Below, one piece after another: positions 9,381 to 19,878 of a stretch of DNA of 64,000 bases. Source of the stretch: Gammaproteobacteria bacterium (GTDB lineage: Bacteria > Pseudomonadota > Gammaproteobacteria > GCA-001735895); the NCBI GenBank assembly GCA_024225395.1, contig JAAEMR010000020.1, positions 327-64,326 of the forward strand. The letters are read 5' to 3'. The notes below the pieces were generated by a model. It had not been told where the DNA came from, did no database searches, and saw only the letters and a program-made list of their open reading frames with translations. The first letter of the stretch is position 1. The number at the start of each line of letters is the position of its first letter. A program made the translations under genes and the position numbers.

Positions 9381-10004
9381 ATGCTTGATCAACTGGCTAA
9401 AAATCTACTGGGATTCGCCGAAATTGGCGGCAACCATCTACTTGGCATGGACCCGCAGGTTTTGCAACACTGCACCGGGTTACAGGGAAATATCATTGCC
9501 ATTGAATTGACCGATCTGGATAAAACCATTTACTGTCACCCCGGTTCATGGGGCATGCGCCTGAGTCTACAACAACCCGGCAAGGAAGTGGACTCAACCA
9601 TTCGTGGACATTTACTGGGTCTCGTCAATTTATCCATACAACAGGAAAAAATGAGTACATCGATGCAAGAGCGTATCGAAATAATCGGCAATCCATCTGT
9701 TGCACAAAAATTTCAAAAGATTTTGACCGAACTTAATATCGACTGGGAAGAAGAACTGTCAAAACACACTGGAGATATCATGGCTTATCGCATCGGTCAG
9801 GGTGTGCGTAAAACTCACCGGACCTTTAAAGATATTACCAGTTCCCTGGCTCTTTCCGGTCGTGAGTATCTACAGGAGGAAAGTCATCACATGCCAACAC
9901 TACCGGAGTTTGAAAAATTCCAGCAGGAAGTCACTAACACAAAGCATGACGTGGACCGGCTCGAAGCCAAACTAAATTATCTTTTAAAAAAGACTCTGGC
10001 ATAA
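9381..10004 (+). CDS. ubiJ: Ubiquinone biosynthesis accessory factor UbiJ (SCP2 domain)
   Basis: 207 aa lying between ubiE and ubiB. NIDWEEELSKHTGDIMA motif typical of YigP/UbiJ. Confidence 0.75.
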   Translation: MLDQLAKNLLGFAEIGGNHLLGMDPQVLQHCTGLQGNIIAIELTDLDKTIYCHPGSWGMRLSLQQPGKEVDSTIRGHLLGLVNLSIQQEKMSTSMQERIEIIGNPSVAQKFQKILTELNIDWEEELSKHTGDIMAYRIGQGVRKTHRTFKDITSSLALSGREYLQEESHHMPTLPEFEKFQQEVTNTKHDVDRLEAKLNYLLKKTLA

Positions 10005-10013
10005 AACATCATT

Positions 10014-11684
10014 ATGATCGCTTCATTTTATCGCCTGTTTATTATCAATCTAACTCTGGCTCGTTTTGGACTGGATGAAATCATTCTATCCATTCACCTG
10101 TTTGCACCGTTACGTTTTCTGGTTTATTTAAACCCCTATAACTGGTTTCGAGATAAAAACATTTCTCAGGCAGAACGTCTGCGACTATGCATCGAATCAC
10201 TCGGTCCTATTTTTATAAAATTTGGACAGTTACTCGCCACACGACGGGACTTACTAGATGATAATCTGGTCAATGAACTGGAAAAATTACTGGATAGAGT
10301 CCCTCCTTTTCCCGTGTCTCAGGCGCGCAGTATTATTGAAAAAGAGCTAAAGCTCCCGCTGAATGAAGCCTTTGCCTCCTTCGATGAAAATGTTCTAGCA
10401 TCAGCGTCAATCGCACAGGTTCATGGTGCCGTGATGAATGACGGGCGAGAAGTGATCGTTAAAATTGTGCGCCCCAATATTGAAAAAGCTATTCGTAAAG
10501 ATATTGACCTGTTATTGATGCTGGCAAAAATGGCTGACCGTTACTGGGTTCATGCCAAACGGGTTAAACCAGTCAAAGTTGTGGAGGAATTTGAAAAAAC
10601 TCTGATCAATGAACTCGACCTTGTCAGAGAAGCAGCTAATGCCAGTGAATTACGCCGCCACTTTGTAGACTCAGAAGATTTATATGTACCTGAAATTTTC
10701 TGGAATTATTGCAAAACCAATATGCTGGTTATGGAACGAATCGATGGCATTCCAGCAACCGATATCAAGCAGTTAAATGAACATGGAATGAATCTTGAAG
10801 TTTTGTCCAGAAAAGGGGTCGAAGTATTTTTCACGCAGGTATACAACAATAACTTTTTTCATGCCGATATGCATCCCGGGAATATCTTTGTATCAAGAGA
10901 TAACCCTGATAACCCGAAATATATCGCCGTAGATTTTGGCATCATGGGTTCACTATCAACTTCTGACCAACGTTACCTGGCTGAAAACTTTGTCGCTTTC
11001 TTTAACCGTGATTACCGGAAAGTTGCTGAGCTTCACGTAGACTCCGGATGGGTAGACGCTGCCACCAGAATTGATGACTTTGAAGCCGCCATTCGAGCCG
11101 TATGCGAACCTATGTTCCAGCGACCTTTAGCTGAAATTTCATTTGGCCAATTATTATTACGCCTGTTTGAAACGGCTCATGATTTCAACATGGAAATTCA
11201 ACCACAATTATTATTACTGCAAAAAACCCTGTTACATATTGAAGGCATGGGTAGACAGCTTTACCCACAACTGGACTTATGGGATACGGCAAAACCTTTT
11301 CTGGAAAAATGGCTGAGTGAACAAATGGGTGTTAGAGCCATGGCAAAAGGTTTCAAACGCAACCTGCCATTTCTTGCTGAACACCTTCCTGACTTGCCTC
11401 AACTGGCTTTCAAAGCACTCGATAAAGTGGCTAATGATAAGCTCGAAATAGAATGGAAATCTAAACAGCTCGAAGAGATTAAACAGGAAATAAAAATAGC
11501 CAACCGACGCACAGTAAGAGCTATAGCGGGAAGCAGTCTTATCATCAGCTCTGCTTTAATTGCGGGCCTGGATGGCATTGCACCCACGATGATTGGCAGC
11601 GGGATATTATTCACACCGGTCGTCAGTATAATTTTACTGGTTCCCGGGTTGATGATTATGTTCTCACTGATGAATGAGCGTTAA
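10014..11684 (+). CDS. ubiB: Ubiquinone biosynthesis protein kinase-like UbiB
   Basis: 556 aa. LGPIFIKFGQLLATRRDLL, ASIAQVH, FHADMHPGNIFV, and C-terminal transmembrane helices. Confidence 0.95.
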   Translation: MIASFYRLFIINLTLARFGLDEIILSIHLFAPLRFLVYLNPYNWFRDKNISQAERLRLCIESLGPIFIKFGQLLATRRDLLDDNLVNELEKLLDRVPPFPVSQARSIIEKELKLPLNEAFASFDENVLASASIAQVHGAVMNDGREVIVKIVRPNIEKAIRKDIDLLLMLAKMADRYWVHAKRVKPVKVVEEFEKTLINELDLVREAANASELRRHFVDSEDLYVPEIFWNYCKTNMLVMERIDGIPATDIKQLNEHGMNLEVLSRKGVEVFFTQVYNNNFFHADMHPGNIFVSRDNPDNPKYIAVDFGIMGSLSTSDQRYLAENFVAFFNRDYRKVAELHVDSGWVDAATRIDDFEAAIRAVCEPMFQRPLAEISFGQLLLRLFETAHDFNMEIQPQLLLLQKTLLHIEGMGRQLYPQLDLWDTAKPFLEKWLSEQMGVRAMAKGFKRNLPFLAEHLPDLPQLAFKALDKVANDKLEIEWKSKQLEEIKQEIKIANRRTVRAIAGSSLIISSALIAGLDGIAPTMIGSGILFTPVVSIILLVPGLMIMFSLMNER

Positions 11685-11762
11685 CCCATAAAATACTGCC
11701 TCAGGTCAGCTCCACAACTATAATAATCTGATATTGTTATTCCAGTCTGATAAGGAACTACA

Positions 11763-13544
11763 ATGTCCCGTAAAATACGTTTCGGTACTTTTGTCCAGGC
11801 CATCACTGTCAAGCAGCGCGAGGTCAGTTATAACGACCTTGTGCCTGAAATCAGGCTCGACCCCGACGGCAGGGAAATTCCTTACACGCCAGAAAAACTA
11901 AAACTCCGCCCCATCGATAGCTATCGATTAATAAAACCTTATCTTAGCGTTCGTTTGATAGAGCAGGCTCATGCCGTTATTCCGTTGGCAATTTACCTGA
12001 TACTTTTTCAACTATTGATCTTACGCCAGGCAGTCACAGATTCATGGGTAATCACTGGCGGCCTGTTATCCGTTATCATCGGTTTAATGCTTTTCATGGA
12101 AGGTTTAAAACTGGGCTTGATGCCTCTCGGCGAAACACTGGGAAATGGTCTGCCCAGCAAATCCCCTTTACCGGTTGTGCTGACCATAGCATTTTTACTG
12201 GGGGTGGGCGTGACCTTTGCCGAACCCGCCATAGGTGCATTAAAACAGGCCGGACAGATCGTAGATATTCATAAGGCTCCCTACCTTTATGCTCTACTAA
12301 ATCAATGGGCTGAAGTACTGGTTTTAGTGGTAGGAGCAGGTGTTGGGCTGGCCGCTATCCTTGGTACTATTCGATTTATTTATGGATGGAGCTTGAAACC
12401 ACTCATTTACCTTACCCTGGCGCCGACTCTATTACTGACCCTTTACATCGGCACCGATGAAAATCTTAGCACAACTCTGGCTCTCGCCTGGGACTGTGGC
12501 GCGGTCACAACCGGCCCCGTCACCGTACCTTTAATCTTATCACTGGGCATAGGTATAGCCTCTGCTGCCGGCAAAGGAGATTCATCATTATCAGGTTTTG
12601 GCATCGTCACTCTTGCCTCTTTATTTCCAATCATCGGTGTTCAGTTACTCACCATTTATCTAAGCAGCAGCTTCACCCCTGAACAGTTGATCGCTTCTGC
12701 TACTGCAATTACCAGCACCCCTGAAACTTTGAGCTGGTATCAGCGAACACCGGGACTGGAAATAATTTCAGGCCTCAGAGCCATCGTACCTCTGGTGATT
12801 TTCCTGTTCCTGGTGATGACTTATGTGCTTAAAGAGAAGATCAAAAATCCTGGTGAATTAAGTTACGGACTGATACTTTGTGTTCTCGGCATGATAATTT
12901 TCAACCTTGGTTTAAGTTATGGTTTAAGCAAACTGGGCGGGCAGTCCGGGGGACTGGTTCCCGGTGCTTTCATGGATATTGAAGGCTTCAGCGGCTCCCC
13001 GCTGTATACCTATCTGCTGGGCATTTTAATCGCGGTTGTATTTGCCTGGATTCTGGGATTCGGAGCCACACTGGCAGAACCCGCACTTAATGCATTAGGT
13101 CTGACTGTTGAAAACCTGACCAATGGCTCATTCAAAAAATCTTTATTAATGCTAGCTGTTTCTATCGGTGTTGGTTGTGGAATAGCTTTAGGGGTATTAA
13201 AAATTATCTATGACATTCCAATTTTATACCTGATTATTCCGGGTTACTTAATCGCTATTATATTAACCATTTTTTCCACAGAAGAGTTTGTCAACGTAGC
13301 CTGGGATAGCGCAGGTGTCACCACCGGCCCGGTGACCGTGCCACTGGTATTAGCCATGGGGCTGGGATTTGGCAATGCTCTCGGCGTTACCGAGGGTTTC
13401 GGCATATTATCCATGGCCTCTATCGGGCCGATAATCGCCGTGCAGTCAACAGGTTTATGGATTGCATGGAAAATTAAACGTCGCCGCAGCAGTGCCTCGC
13501 AGCCAAATAAATCGATAGATGAAAATACACTGGAGACTATATAA
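11763..13544 (+). CDS. Polytopic membrane protein made of two tandem DUF1538-type repeats
   Basis: 593 aa. An internal duplication is visible: GVTFAEPAIGALKQAG / GATLAEPALNALGLTV, and AWDCGAVTTGPVTVPLILSLGIG / AWDSAGVTTGPVTVPLVLAMGLG. Confidence 0.7.
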   Translation: MSRKIRFGTFVQAITVKQREVSYNDLVPEIRLDPDGREIPYTPEKLKLRPIDSYRLIKPYLSVRLIEQAHAVIPLAIYLILFQLLILRQAVTDSWVITGGLLSVIIGLMLFMEGLKLGLMPLGETLGNGLPSKSPLPVVLTIAFLLGVGVTFAEPAIGALKQAGQIVDIHKAPYLYALLNQWAEVLVLVVGAGVGLAAILGTIRFIYGWSLKPLIYLTLAPTLLLTLYIGTDENLSTTLALAWDCGAVTTGPVTVPLILSLGIGIASAAGKGDSSLSGFGIVTLASLFPIIGVQLLTIYLSSSFTPEQLIASATAITSTPETLSWYQRTPGLEIISGLRAIVPLVIFLFLVMTYVLKEKIKNPGELSYGLILCVLGMIIFNLGLSYGLSKLGGQSGGLVPGAFMDIEGFSGSPLYTYLLGILIAVVFAWILGFGATLAEPALNALGLTVENLTNGSFKKSLLMLAVSIGVGCGIALGVLKIIYDIPILYLIIPGYLIAIILTIFSTEEFVNVAWDSAGVTTGPVTVPLVLAMGLGFGNALGVTEGFGILSMASIGPIIAVQSTGLWIAWKIKRRRSSASQPNKSIDENTLETI

Positions 13545-13562
13545 GCCATAAAGGTAAGCGCT

Positions 13563-13937
13563 ATGAGTGAAAGAGAGATTACCGTTCTAACCGATGTATC
13601 GTTAATTACCTGCGTTGTACAGAGAGGCGTCGCCGACGATATTATAAAAGCAGCTCAGGATGCAGGAGCGCAGGGAGCGACGACTTATTTTGCCCGCGGT
13701 AGTGGTGTACGTGAGCGTCTTGGAATTGTGGGGGTAGCCGTTGAAGTCGAAAAGGAAATGATTAATATCGTGGTTGCAAACGATCAGGTCGACAGAGTCT
13801 TTGAAAAAATGTACCTGGCAGGCCAACTGGATACTCCCGCCATGGGTTTTATGTATGTCACACAACTGGATAAAGCGGCTACCTACATCCCGCAAGATAT
13901 ATTACAGAAGCTTACAACGGGGAAATCAGCATCATGA
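13563..13937 (+). CDS. P-II-like signal-transduction protein (first copy)
   Basis: 124 aa. LITCVVQRGVADDIIKAAQDAGAQGATTYFARGSGV...INIVV pattern of the P-II fold. Starts 19 bp after the DUF1538 gene. Confidence 0.6.
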   Translation: MSEREITVLTDVSLITCVVQRGVADDIIKAAQDAGAQGATTYFARGSGVRERLGIVGVAVEVEKEMINIVVANDQVDRVFEKMYLAGQLDTPAMGFMYVTQLDKAATYIPQDILQKLTTGKSAS

Positions 13938-13956
13938 CAACCAGCGAACTCAGGTT

Positions 13957-14301
13957 ATGAATTTAAATCCCCCGTCAAAACTGATTACCTGCATTCTTCC
14001 AAAAGGACGAGCTATGCCCGTGCTTAAATTGTTAAAAAGCGAACTTGGTATTATCAACGCGAATATAAATCATGCGAGAGGCTCAGGCAGACTTTCACCA
14101 CTAAACTATCGCGGAGCAGGAGAACAAACAGAAAAAGAAATTCTTTCACTGGTTGTAGATGAACAGCAGGCAGACGAAGTGTTTAGTTTTATTTTTTTCA
14201 ATGCTGAAATTAATCGACCTCACGGGGGCCTGATTTTTCAAAGTGCACTTGGTTTATCAACTCGTTACCAAATACCGGATCAGTTACCCGCTGAAAAATA
14301 A
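13957..14301 (+). CDS. P-II-like protein (second copy); start revised from the track 13774
   Basis: 114 aa from ATG 13957. LITCILPKGRAMPVLKLLKSELGIINANINHARGSG...ILSLVV parallels the first copy. The longer track ORF would overlap the preceding gene by 160 nt. Confidence 0.5.
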   Translation: MNLNPPSKLITCILPKGRAMPVLKLLKSELGIINANINHARGSGRLSPLNYRGAGEQTEKEILSLVVDEQQADEVFSFIFFNAEINRPHGGLIFQSALGLSTRYQIPDQLPAEK

Positions 14302-14371
14302 AGAATAACTTTTCATCAATATTCAACAGGTATAAGATTAAATAAGATCAACACTAAACAGGAATATTATT

Positions 14372-15499
14372 ATGGAATTTGCGACTAAAATTGCCTTACT
14401 TATTTCCTTTGTTATGTTCATTCCAATATCTGCGGCCTGTTACTTTTACAGCCGAAATACTCAACGGATTACTGCAATAAAGCGATACCTGGAAATTCTG
14501 AAAATAAAAAAAATTGATCTTTTTCAGCACCAACATCCTAAAGTCAGTCTGTCAGTAGCCGTATTTTTCATCACGTTTTTATCTGCCTGTTTCTGGGGTT
14601 TAATTCTTTTTGGTGCTGATTCCGGCATAACAAAAACACCAAACTACCTGCTAGGAGGTGCATTCATCATTGCTCTGGACGCATGTAAGGATGCCACACA
14701 AATTCACCAGTACCAGTCAGGCGCACTGCTCACCTTTAACATGGCATTTATGGGTGCATACCTGTGGGGAATACAGAACATAACCCGACGATACTCCATG
14801 AACGACCTGATTCCAGCTGCCTATTATAATATTGGTACCAGAATGATCTATGCTGGAATCCTGGCACTGGTATTTTTTCACTTTTCAAAATCATCTCCGG
14901 ACATGCTGTCAACCGTGCTGGTAACCACTCCCGGCACAGAACAAACAGAAACAATCGCATCAAATGGCACAAATCTGTTAATGCCCATTATCGCTTTTCT
15001 AATCGGTATGTTCCCGCAAAGGGGCTTGAGATGGTTAACCTTAAAGTTTTCTATCTTTAGCCAGCAACAGGACCCGACCGTTAGAGAACTTCCGCTGGAA
15101 ATGATAGAAGGTATCTCCATGTACGATCGAGTTCGCTTACAGGAGCTTGGCATCGACTCCTGTTACGACCTGGCCAACATGGACTACATACCTTACCTTT
15201 TCAAATCACCCTACACCCCTAGAACACTCATCAACTGGATACTACAGGCTAAGCTCTGCACCTACTTTGGAGAGCAAGTAAAAGACTTGCGTGAACATGG
15301 AATTCAAACGGCCTGGCAATTAAAAAAATTTGATGAAAGCGCCCTCAAAGAGCTTGTCAAAACCACATCATTAACAGAAGACACATTGTTAAAAGTGAAA
15401 AACCAGATTACAGATGATAAGGAAATTGAACGTTTAATGGAGGTACAGTTAAAGTTGAGCCAGTACTGGAATAAACAGCCTGATGAGGATGAAAAATAA
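14372..15499 (+). CDS. Membrane protein of unknown function with C-terminal helix-hairpin-helix-like motifs
   Basis: 375 aa with about 6 N-terminal hydrophobic spans. The soluble tail carries IEGISMYDRVRLQELGIDSCYDLA and GEQVKDLREHGIQTAWQLKK (HhH-like). Confidence 0.5.
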   Translation: MEFATKIALLISFVMFIPISAACYFYSRNTQRITAIKRYLEILKIKKIDLFQHQHPKVSLSVAVFFITFLSACFWGLILFGADSGITKTPNYLLGGAFIIALDACKDATQIHQYQSGALLTFNMAFMGAYLWGIQNITRRYSMNDLIPAAYYNIGTRMIYAGILALVFFHFSKSSPDMLSTVLVTTPGTEQTETIASNGTNLLMPIIAFLIGMFPQRGLRWLTLKFSIFSQQQDPTVRELPLEMIEGISMYDRVRLQELGIDSCYDLANMDYIPYLFKSPYTPRTLINWILQAKLCTYFGEQVKDLREHGIQTAWQLKKFDESALKELVKTTSLTEDTLLKVKNQITDDKEIERLMEVQLKLSQYWNKQPDEDEK

Positions 15500-15591
15500 G
15501 TATCAAGATAGCTTTGTGGTTTAAAGAAAAACCATAATGCCGGTATGTTCTTGACCTGTATCCATTTTTGAATAATGCTTCTAGCCTAGCA

Positions 15592-15618
15592 ATAGATTCC
15601 GGCTAAAAACCTGCCGGA
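15592..15618. repeat. REP-like hairpin element, copy 1 (ATAGATTCCGGCTAAAnnCCTGCCGGA)
   Basis: A near-identical 26-27 nt sequence recurs at 47495-47520. Both lie between convergent genes. Stem TCCGGC/GCCGGA. Confidence 0.5.
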
Positions 15619-15718
15619 GACATGGTGCATGGACGCACCGTTAACGAAACCAGAGGATACAATGACTAAATTCTTTGTGTCACATGACTTTCATACAGAG
15701 CCATATTACTGAAGTTTT

Positions 15719-17206
15719 TTATGGGCCTGTTTCACTCATAATCCCCACGCAGCTAACTGCCTTCTTCCAGTCTCCAAGTAATTTATTGCGTAACTCAGAA
15801 TCCATACTGGAGTTATACTGACTCTCTTTTTGCCACATAGAAGATAAAGCTTCGGTCGACTCAAATAAACCGGCCTGTAAACCTGCCAGATAGGCAGCAC
15901 CCAGAGCAGTCGTTTCAGTAATAACCGGTAATTGAATTTCGATCTGCAGAATATCTGCCAGCATTTGGCACATCCATTTATTATTCACCATACCGCCATC
16001 AACTTTTATCATTGCTATTTTATCGCTGGTATCGTTGGTCATAGCCTGTATCAAGTCATGAGTTTGATAACAGATCGACTCAAGAGCCGCTCTTGCAAAA
16101 TGTTCGGGGCCAGAGTCACGAGTAAGTCCGAAAATTGTTCCTCTGGCATCAGGATTCCAGTAAGGCGCACCTAATCCTACAAATGCAGGCACCAGGTAAA
16201 CACCTTCATTGCTTTTTAACCCCCTGGCAAAAGCTTCAGTTTCACTAGCCGTTTCAATAATTTTTAATTTATCTCTAAGCCACTGCACGGCGGCTCCAGC
16301 AATAAAAATAGAGCCTTCAAGAGCATAACTAGTTTTACCATTTAACCGGTAACCCACAGTCGTTAGCAAACCGCTGGATGAACTAATCGGTATACTTCCG
16401 GTATTCATCATGGCAAATCCACCGGTGCCATAGGTACTTTTAGTCATGCCGGGTTCAAAACAGCATTGGCCGATACTGGCAGCCTGCTGATCACCGGCAA
16501 CACCGCAGATAGGTAATTCATATCCTATCGCCTGCATTGTGGTTACTCCAAAATCTGCGGCAGAATCTTTGACTTCCGGCAGCATGCTAACGGGAACATT
16601 AAATATATTTAAAAGCTCTTCATCCCAGGCTTGAGTATGGATATTAAACAGTGAAGTTCGTGATGCATTAGTCGCATCGGTAGCATGTACCCTGCCATCC
16701 GTTAATCTCCAGATCAGGAAACTGTCGATGGTTCCAAATGCAAGTTTCCCTTGCTCAGCCAGAGCCCGAGCACCATCAACATGATCCAGTATCCAGCCAA
16801 TTTTTGTCGCTGAAAAATATGGGTCAAGAACAAGTCCGGTTTTTTGTTTTATAGTTTCTTCATAACCCTGTTGCTTCAGTTTGACGCATAAACCAGACGT
16901 TCTGCCATCCTGCCAGACAATCGCTTTATATAAAGGAACACCAGTTTCTCTATTCCACACCACAGTGGTTTCACGCTGATTAGTAATCCCGATCGCAGCA
17001 ATTTCTCCTGCCTGAGATATAACCTTTTTAACGACCTTTTGAGTCGTCGACCAGATTTCTTCAGGGTCATGCTCAACCCACCCGGTATCTGGAAAGAATT
17101 GCTCAAATTCCATTTGCGCAATTTTCAATGGATTCCCCTTCGTATCAAATACGATAGCTCGTGAACTGGTTGTTCCCTGGTCGATGCTGAGTATTAATTC
17201 GCTCAT
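15719..17206 (-). CDS. glpK: Glycerol kinase; start revised to ATG 17206
   Basis: [20 protein letters not shown] is the canonical N-terminus. AGGTGA Shine-Dalgarno upstream. The track start at 17272 would overlap glpD. Confidence 0.95.
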   Translation of the reverse strand: MSELILSIDQGTTSSRAIVFDTKGNPLKIAQMEFEQFFPDTGWVEHDPEEIWSTTQKVVKKVISQAGEIAAIGITNQRETTVVWNRETGVPLYKAIVWQDGRTSGLCVKLKQQGYEETIKQKTGLVLDPYFSATKIGWILDHVDGARALAEQGKLAFGTIDSFLIWRLTDGRVHATDATNASRTSLFNIHTQAWDEELLNIFNVPVSMLPEVKDSAADFGVTTMQAIGYELPICGVAGDQQAASIGQCCFEPGMTKSTYGTGGFAMMNTGSIPISSSSGLLTTVGYRLNGKTSYALEGSIFIAGAAVQWLRDKLKIIETASETEAFARGLKSNEGVYLVPAFVGLGAPYWNPDARGTIFGLTRDSGPEHFARAALESICYQTHDLIQAMTNDTSDKIAMIKVDGGMVNNKWMCQMLADILQIEIQLPVITETTALGAAYLAGLQAGLFESTEALSSMWQKESQYNSSMDSELRNKLLGDWKKAVSCVGIMSETGP

Positions 17207-17226
17207 AACTTTTTTCACCTTATTAA

Positions 17227-18765
17227 TTAGGCTGCTGAATGCAGATTCTTTACCTGAGAATCTGATATCCATTGTTGTAACTTTTTAACTTCTTCTGTAT
17301 TTAATTTTAAACCTTTTTTAGTACGACGCCATAGAATATCATCACTACTTTGTGCCCATTCACTCTCTATTAAATAGACCACTTCTTTTTCATACAAACC
17401 ACCACCAAAGTATTCACCCAGATCATCCGTTTGACTACAATCATACAGGATATTATCTATTTCTGTACCGTAATTGCGACAATAATCCTGCACTATCTTT
17501 TTATCCAGCCAGGCATACTTCAGCTGACTATCGGACACATATCTCTCAAAATCAGCATGCTGGATATTCCCACCCGGTAGTACACTGTTTTCAGTCCATG
17601 CAGCTTGAGTGATATTCAATGAATCCTTCAGCAAGTCCACAACCTGTTCTGAAAGAATACGAAATGTGGTTATTTTTCCGCCGTACACAGAAACCATCGG
17701 AGCAGCCTGTTGATCGAACTCCAGTTCATAATCTCTGGACACTTTACTGGCATTGCCAGTCGCATCATCGAATAGAGGTCGAACACCCGAGTAACTCCAC
17801 ACCACCTGATCAGGCGTAACAGGTCTTTCGGCATAGTGACTGACTGCCTTGCAAATATAGTCAATTTCCTGCTGATCAATTCCCACATTATCAACATCAT
17901 CTTGATAATCATGATCGGTGGTTCCTAGAAGGGTAAAATCCTGCTCAAAAGGAATCGCAAAAAGAATGCGCCCATCTTCATGCTGAAAAATATAAGGGTA
18001 ATCATGATCAAATAATTTTTTTACGATGATATGACTACCTTTAACCAGGCGAACTGAACGATTGGATAAACTATTACCGGCTAAACCCAGCGTTTTTTCA
18101 ACCCACGGGCCGCAAGCATTGACCACTGCTTTGGCCGAAATCGTTTTGATCTTTCCAGTATTGCTATCTTTAACAGTAGCAGACCAGTTTTTCTGATACC
18201 GGGTCAGACCAGTACAAAGAGTATGCATCATAATTGAAGCACCCAGCCTTTTTGCATCACGCGCATTCAGTATCACCATCCGGGCATCCTTCACCCCACA
18301 GTCTGAATATTCAAAAGCATGGGTAAATTTCTGTTTCAGGAACTGGCCGGAAATATGTTTTTTAAGATTTATACCCGTTGATGCCGGAAGAAGTTTTCGT
18401 CCGCCAATATAATCATAAATAAACAACCCCAGACGCAATAACCAGCGGGGCCTTAAACCTTCATGATGCGGCAGAATAAAACGTAATGGCCAGATAATAT
18501 GAGGCGCACTATTGAGCAGTATTTCCCGCTCTTTCAATGCGTGGCGAACCAGTAAAAAGTCATAATTTTCCAGGTATCTTAAGCCTCCATGAATTAACTT
18601 GGTGCTGGCAGATGAGGTATGTGAGCCAAGATCATCTTTTTCACACAGTACGACTTTTAATCCGCGACCTGCCGCATCTCTGGCAATGCCACAACCATTG
18701 ATACCGCCGCCAATAACAAGTAGATCTACTTCTTCATCATCTTTAATCGTATCAGTTTTAGCCAT
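17227..18765 (-). CDS. glpD: Aerobic FAD-dependent glycerol-3-phosphate dehydrogenase
   Basis: 512 aa. [26 protein letters not shown] dinucleotide fold and the GGKITTFR motif. Confidence 0.9.
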   Translation of the reverse strand: MAKTDTIKDDEEVDLLVIGGGINGCGIARDAAGRGLKVVLCEKDDLGSHTSSASTKLIHGGLRYLENYDFLLVRHALKEREILLNSAPHIIWPLRFILPHHEGLRPRWLLRLGLFIYDYIGGRKLLPASTGINLKKHISGQFLKQKFTHAFEYSDCGVKDARMVILNARDAKRLGASIMMHTLCTGLTRYQKNWSATVKDSNTGKIKTISAKAVVNACGPWVEKTLGLAGNSLSNRSVRLVKGSHIIVKKLFDHDYPYIFQHEDGRILFAIPFEQDFTLLGTTDHDYQDDVDNVGIDQQEIDYICKAVSHYAERPVTPDQVVWSYSGVRPLFDDATGNASKVSRDYELEFDQQAAPMVSVYGGKITTFRILSEQVVDLLKDSLNITQAAWTENSVLPGGNIQHADFERYVSDSQLKYAWLDKKIVQDYCRNYGTEIDNILYDCSQTDDLGEYFGGGLYEKEVVYLIESEWAQSSDDILWRRTKKGLKLNTEEVKKLQQWISDSQVKNLHSAA

Positions 18766-18778
18766 AGAATCTAATTAA

Positions 18779-19063
18779 TTAAACCCATTTAAAAACTAAA
18801 ATTGAGTAAACAATGGAAATAGCCATAGCCCCCCACAGTGGTGTACTAAAAAAAGCTAACCATCCCAGAGTTATAAAAATACTGCCAAGAATTGAAATGA
18901 ATAATCGGTCTCCCCGCGTGGTATCAAGACCGAGAACCCCGTGACGGGGATTTCCACCGGGAGAGTAATGTTCCCACACGCCCATAACAAGCAAACAAAA
19001 CAAAATGAATAAGAAGAAAGCTGCTGTCGGCCATGTCCATGCCATCCACGATAAATCGATCAT
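18779..19063 (-). CDS. Small integral membrane protein DUF2160 (GlpU-like)
   Basis: 94 aa with 3 hydrophobic spans. Characteristic companion of the Rhizobium-type glycerol ABC importer. Confidence 0.7.
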   Translation of the reverse strand: MIDLSWMAWTWPTAAFFLFILFCLLVMGVWEHYSPGGNPRHGVLGLDTTRGDRLFISILGSIFITLGWLAFFSTPLWGAMAISIVYSILVFKWV

Positions 19064-19075
19064 TACTCAGCCCCC

Positions 19076-19876
19076 TTAAACACGACCGAGGGCAAAACCC
19101 TTGGCTATATGGTTACGTACAAAATAAATGACTAATGCTCCAGGAATAATAGTCAGTGCTCCTGCAGCTGCCAGCAACCCTAACTCATAACCTGATGCAC
19201 TGGCTGTTCGAGTCATCGTTGCAGCAATAGGCTTGGCTGCAACCGAGGTTAATGTTTTAGCCAGTAACAGTTCAACCCATGAATACATGAAAGTAAAAAA
19301 CATGGTGACACCGATGCCTGAAGCTATAGTGGGGATAAATATTTTTCCGAAAAATCGAGAGAATGAATAACCATCAAGAAAAGCAGTTTCATCAAGTTCT
19401 TTCGGAACCCCTGACATAAAACCTTCAAGAATCCAGACAGCCAATGGGATATTAAATAGACAATGTGCCAGCGCCACTGCAATGTGAGTATCAAACAAAC
19501 CTACTGATGAATATAACTGGAAGAATGGCAACGCAAAAACAGCGGCTGGAGCCATACGGTTAGTCAACAACCAGAAAAATAAATGTTTATCACCTAAAAA
19601 ATTATAACGTGAGAAAGCATAGGCTGCTGGCAATGCCACCGTAACGGAAATCACCGTATTCATCGCCACATAAATTATCGAGTTGAAATAACCGTTATAC
19701 CAGGTTGGATCGGTGAATATGGTACGATAATTTTCCAGCGTAAATTCAAGCGGCCAGAGCGAAAAAACACCCAATATTTCATTAGTTGTTTTAAAGGACA
19801 TATTGATGAGCCAGTAAATAGGTAACATCAAAAATATGATATATATAATTGGTAAAAGTGATTTATATTTAATCAT
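19076..19876 (-). CDS. ABC transporter permease (sugar/glycerol type, GlpQ-like)
   Basis: 266 aa with 6 transmembrane helices and the EAA-loop region ELDETAFLDGYS. Confidence 0.85.
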   Translation of the reverse strand: MIKYKSLLPIIYIIFLMLPIYWLINMSFKTTNEILGVFSLWPLEFTLENYRTIFTDPTWYNGYFNSIIYVAMNTVISVTVALPAAYAFSRYNFLGDKHLFFWLLTNRMAPAAVFALPFFQLYSSVGLFDTHIAVALAHCLFNIPLAVWILEGFMSGVPKELDETAFLDGYSFSRFFGKIFIPTIASGIGVTMFFTFMYSWVELLLAKTLTSVAAKPIAATMTRTASASGYELGLLAAAGALTIIPGALVIYFVRNHIAKGFALGRV

Positions 19877-19878
19877 GG

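Noticed and set aside
13774-14301. 175-aa track ORF for the second P-II-like gene; likewise track starts 17272 (glpK), 25722 (glpC), 58578 (nosZ), 5613 (hslV) and 51280 (nosH)
   Set aside because: The N-terminal extensions overlap upstream genes or lack homology. Internal starts with Shine-Dalgarno sequences restore the canonical N-termini.
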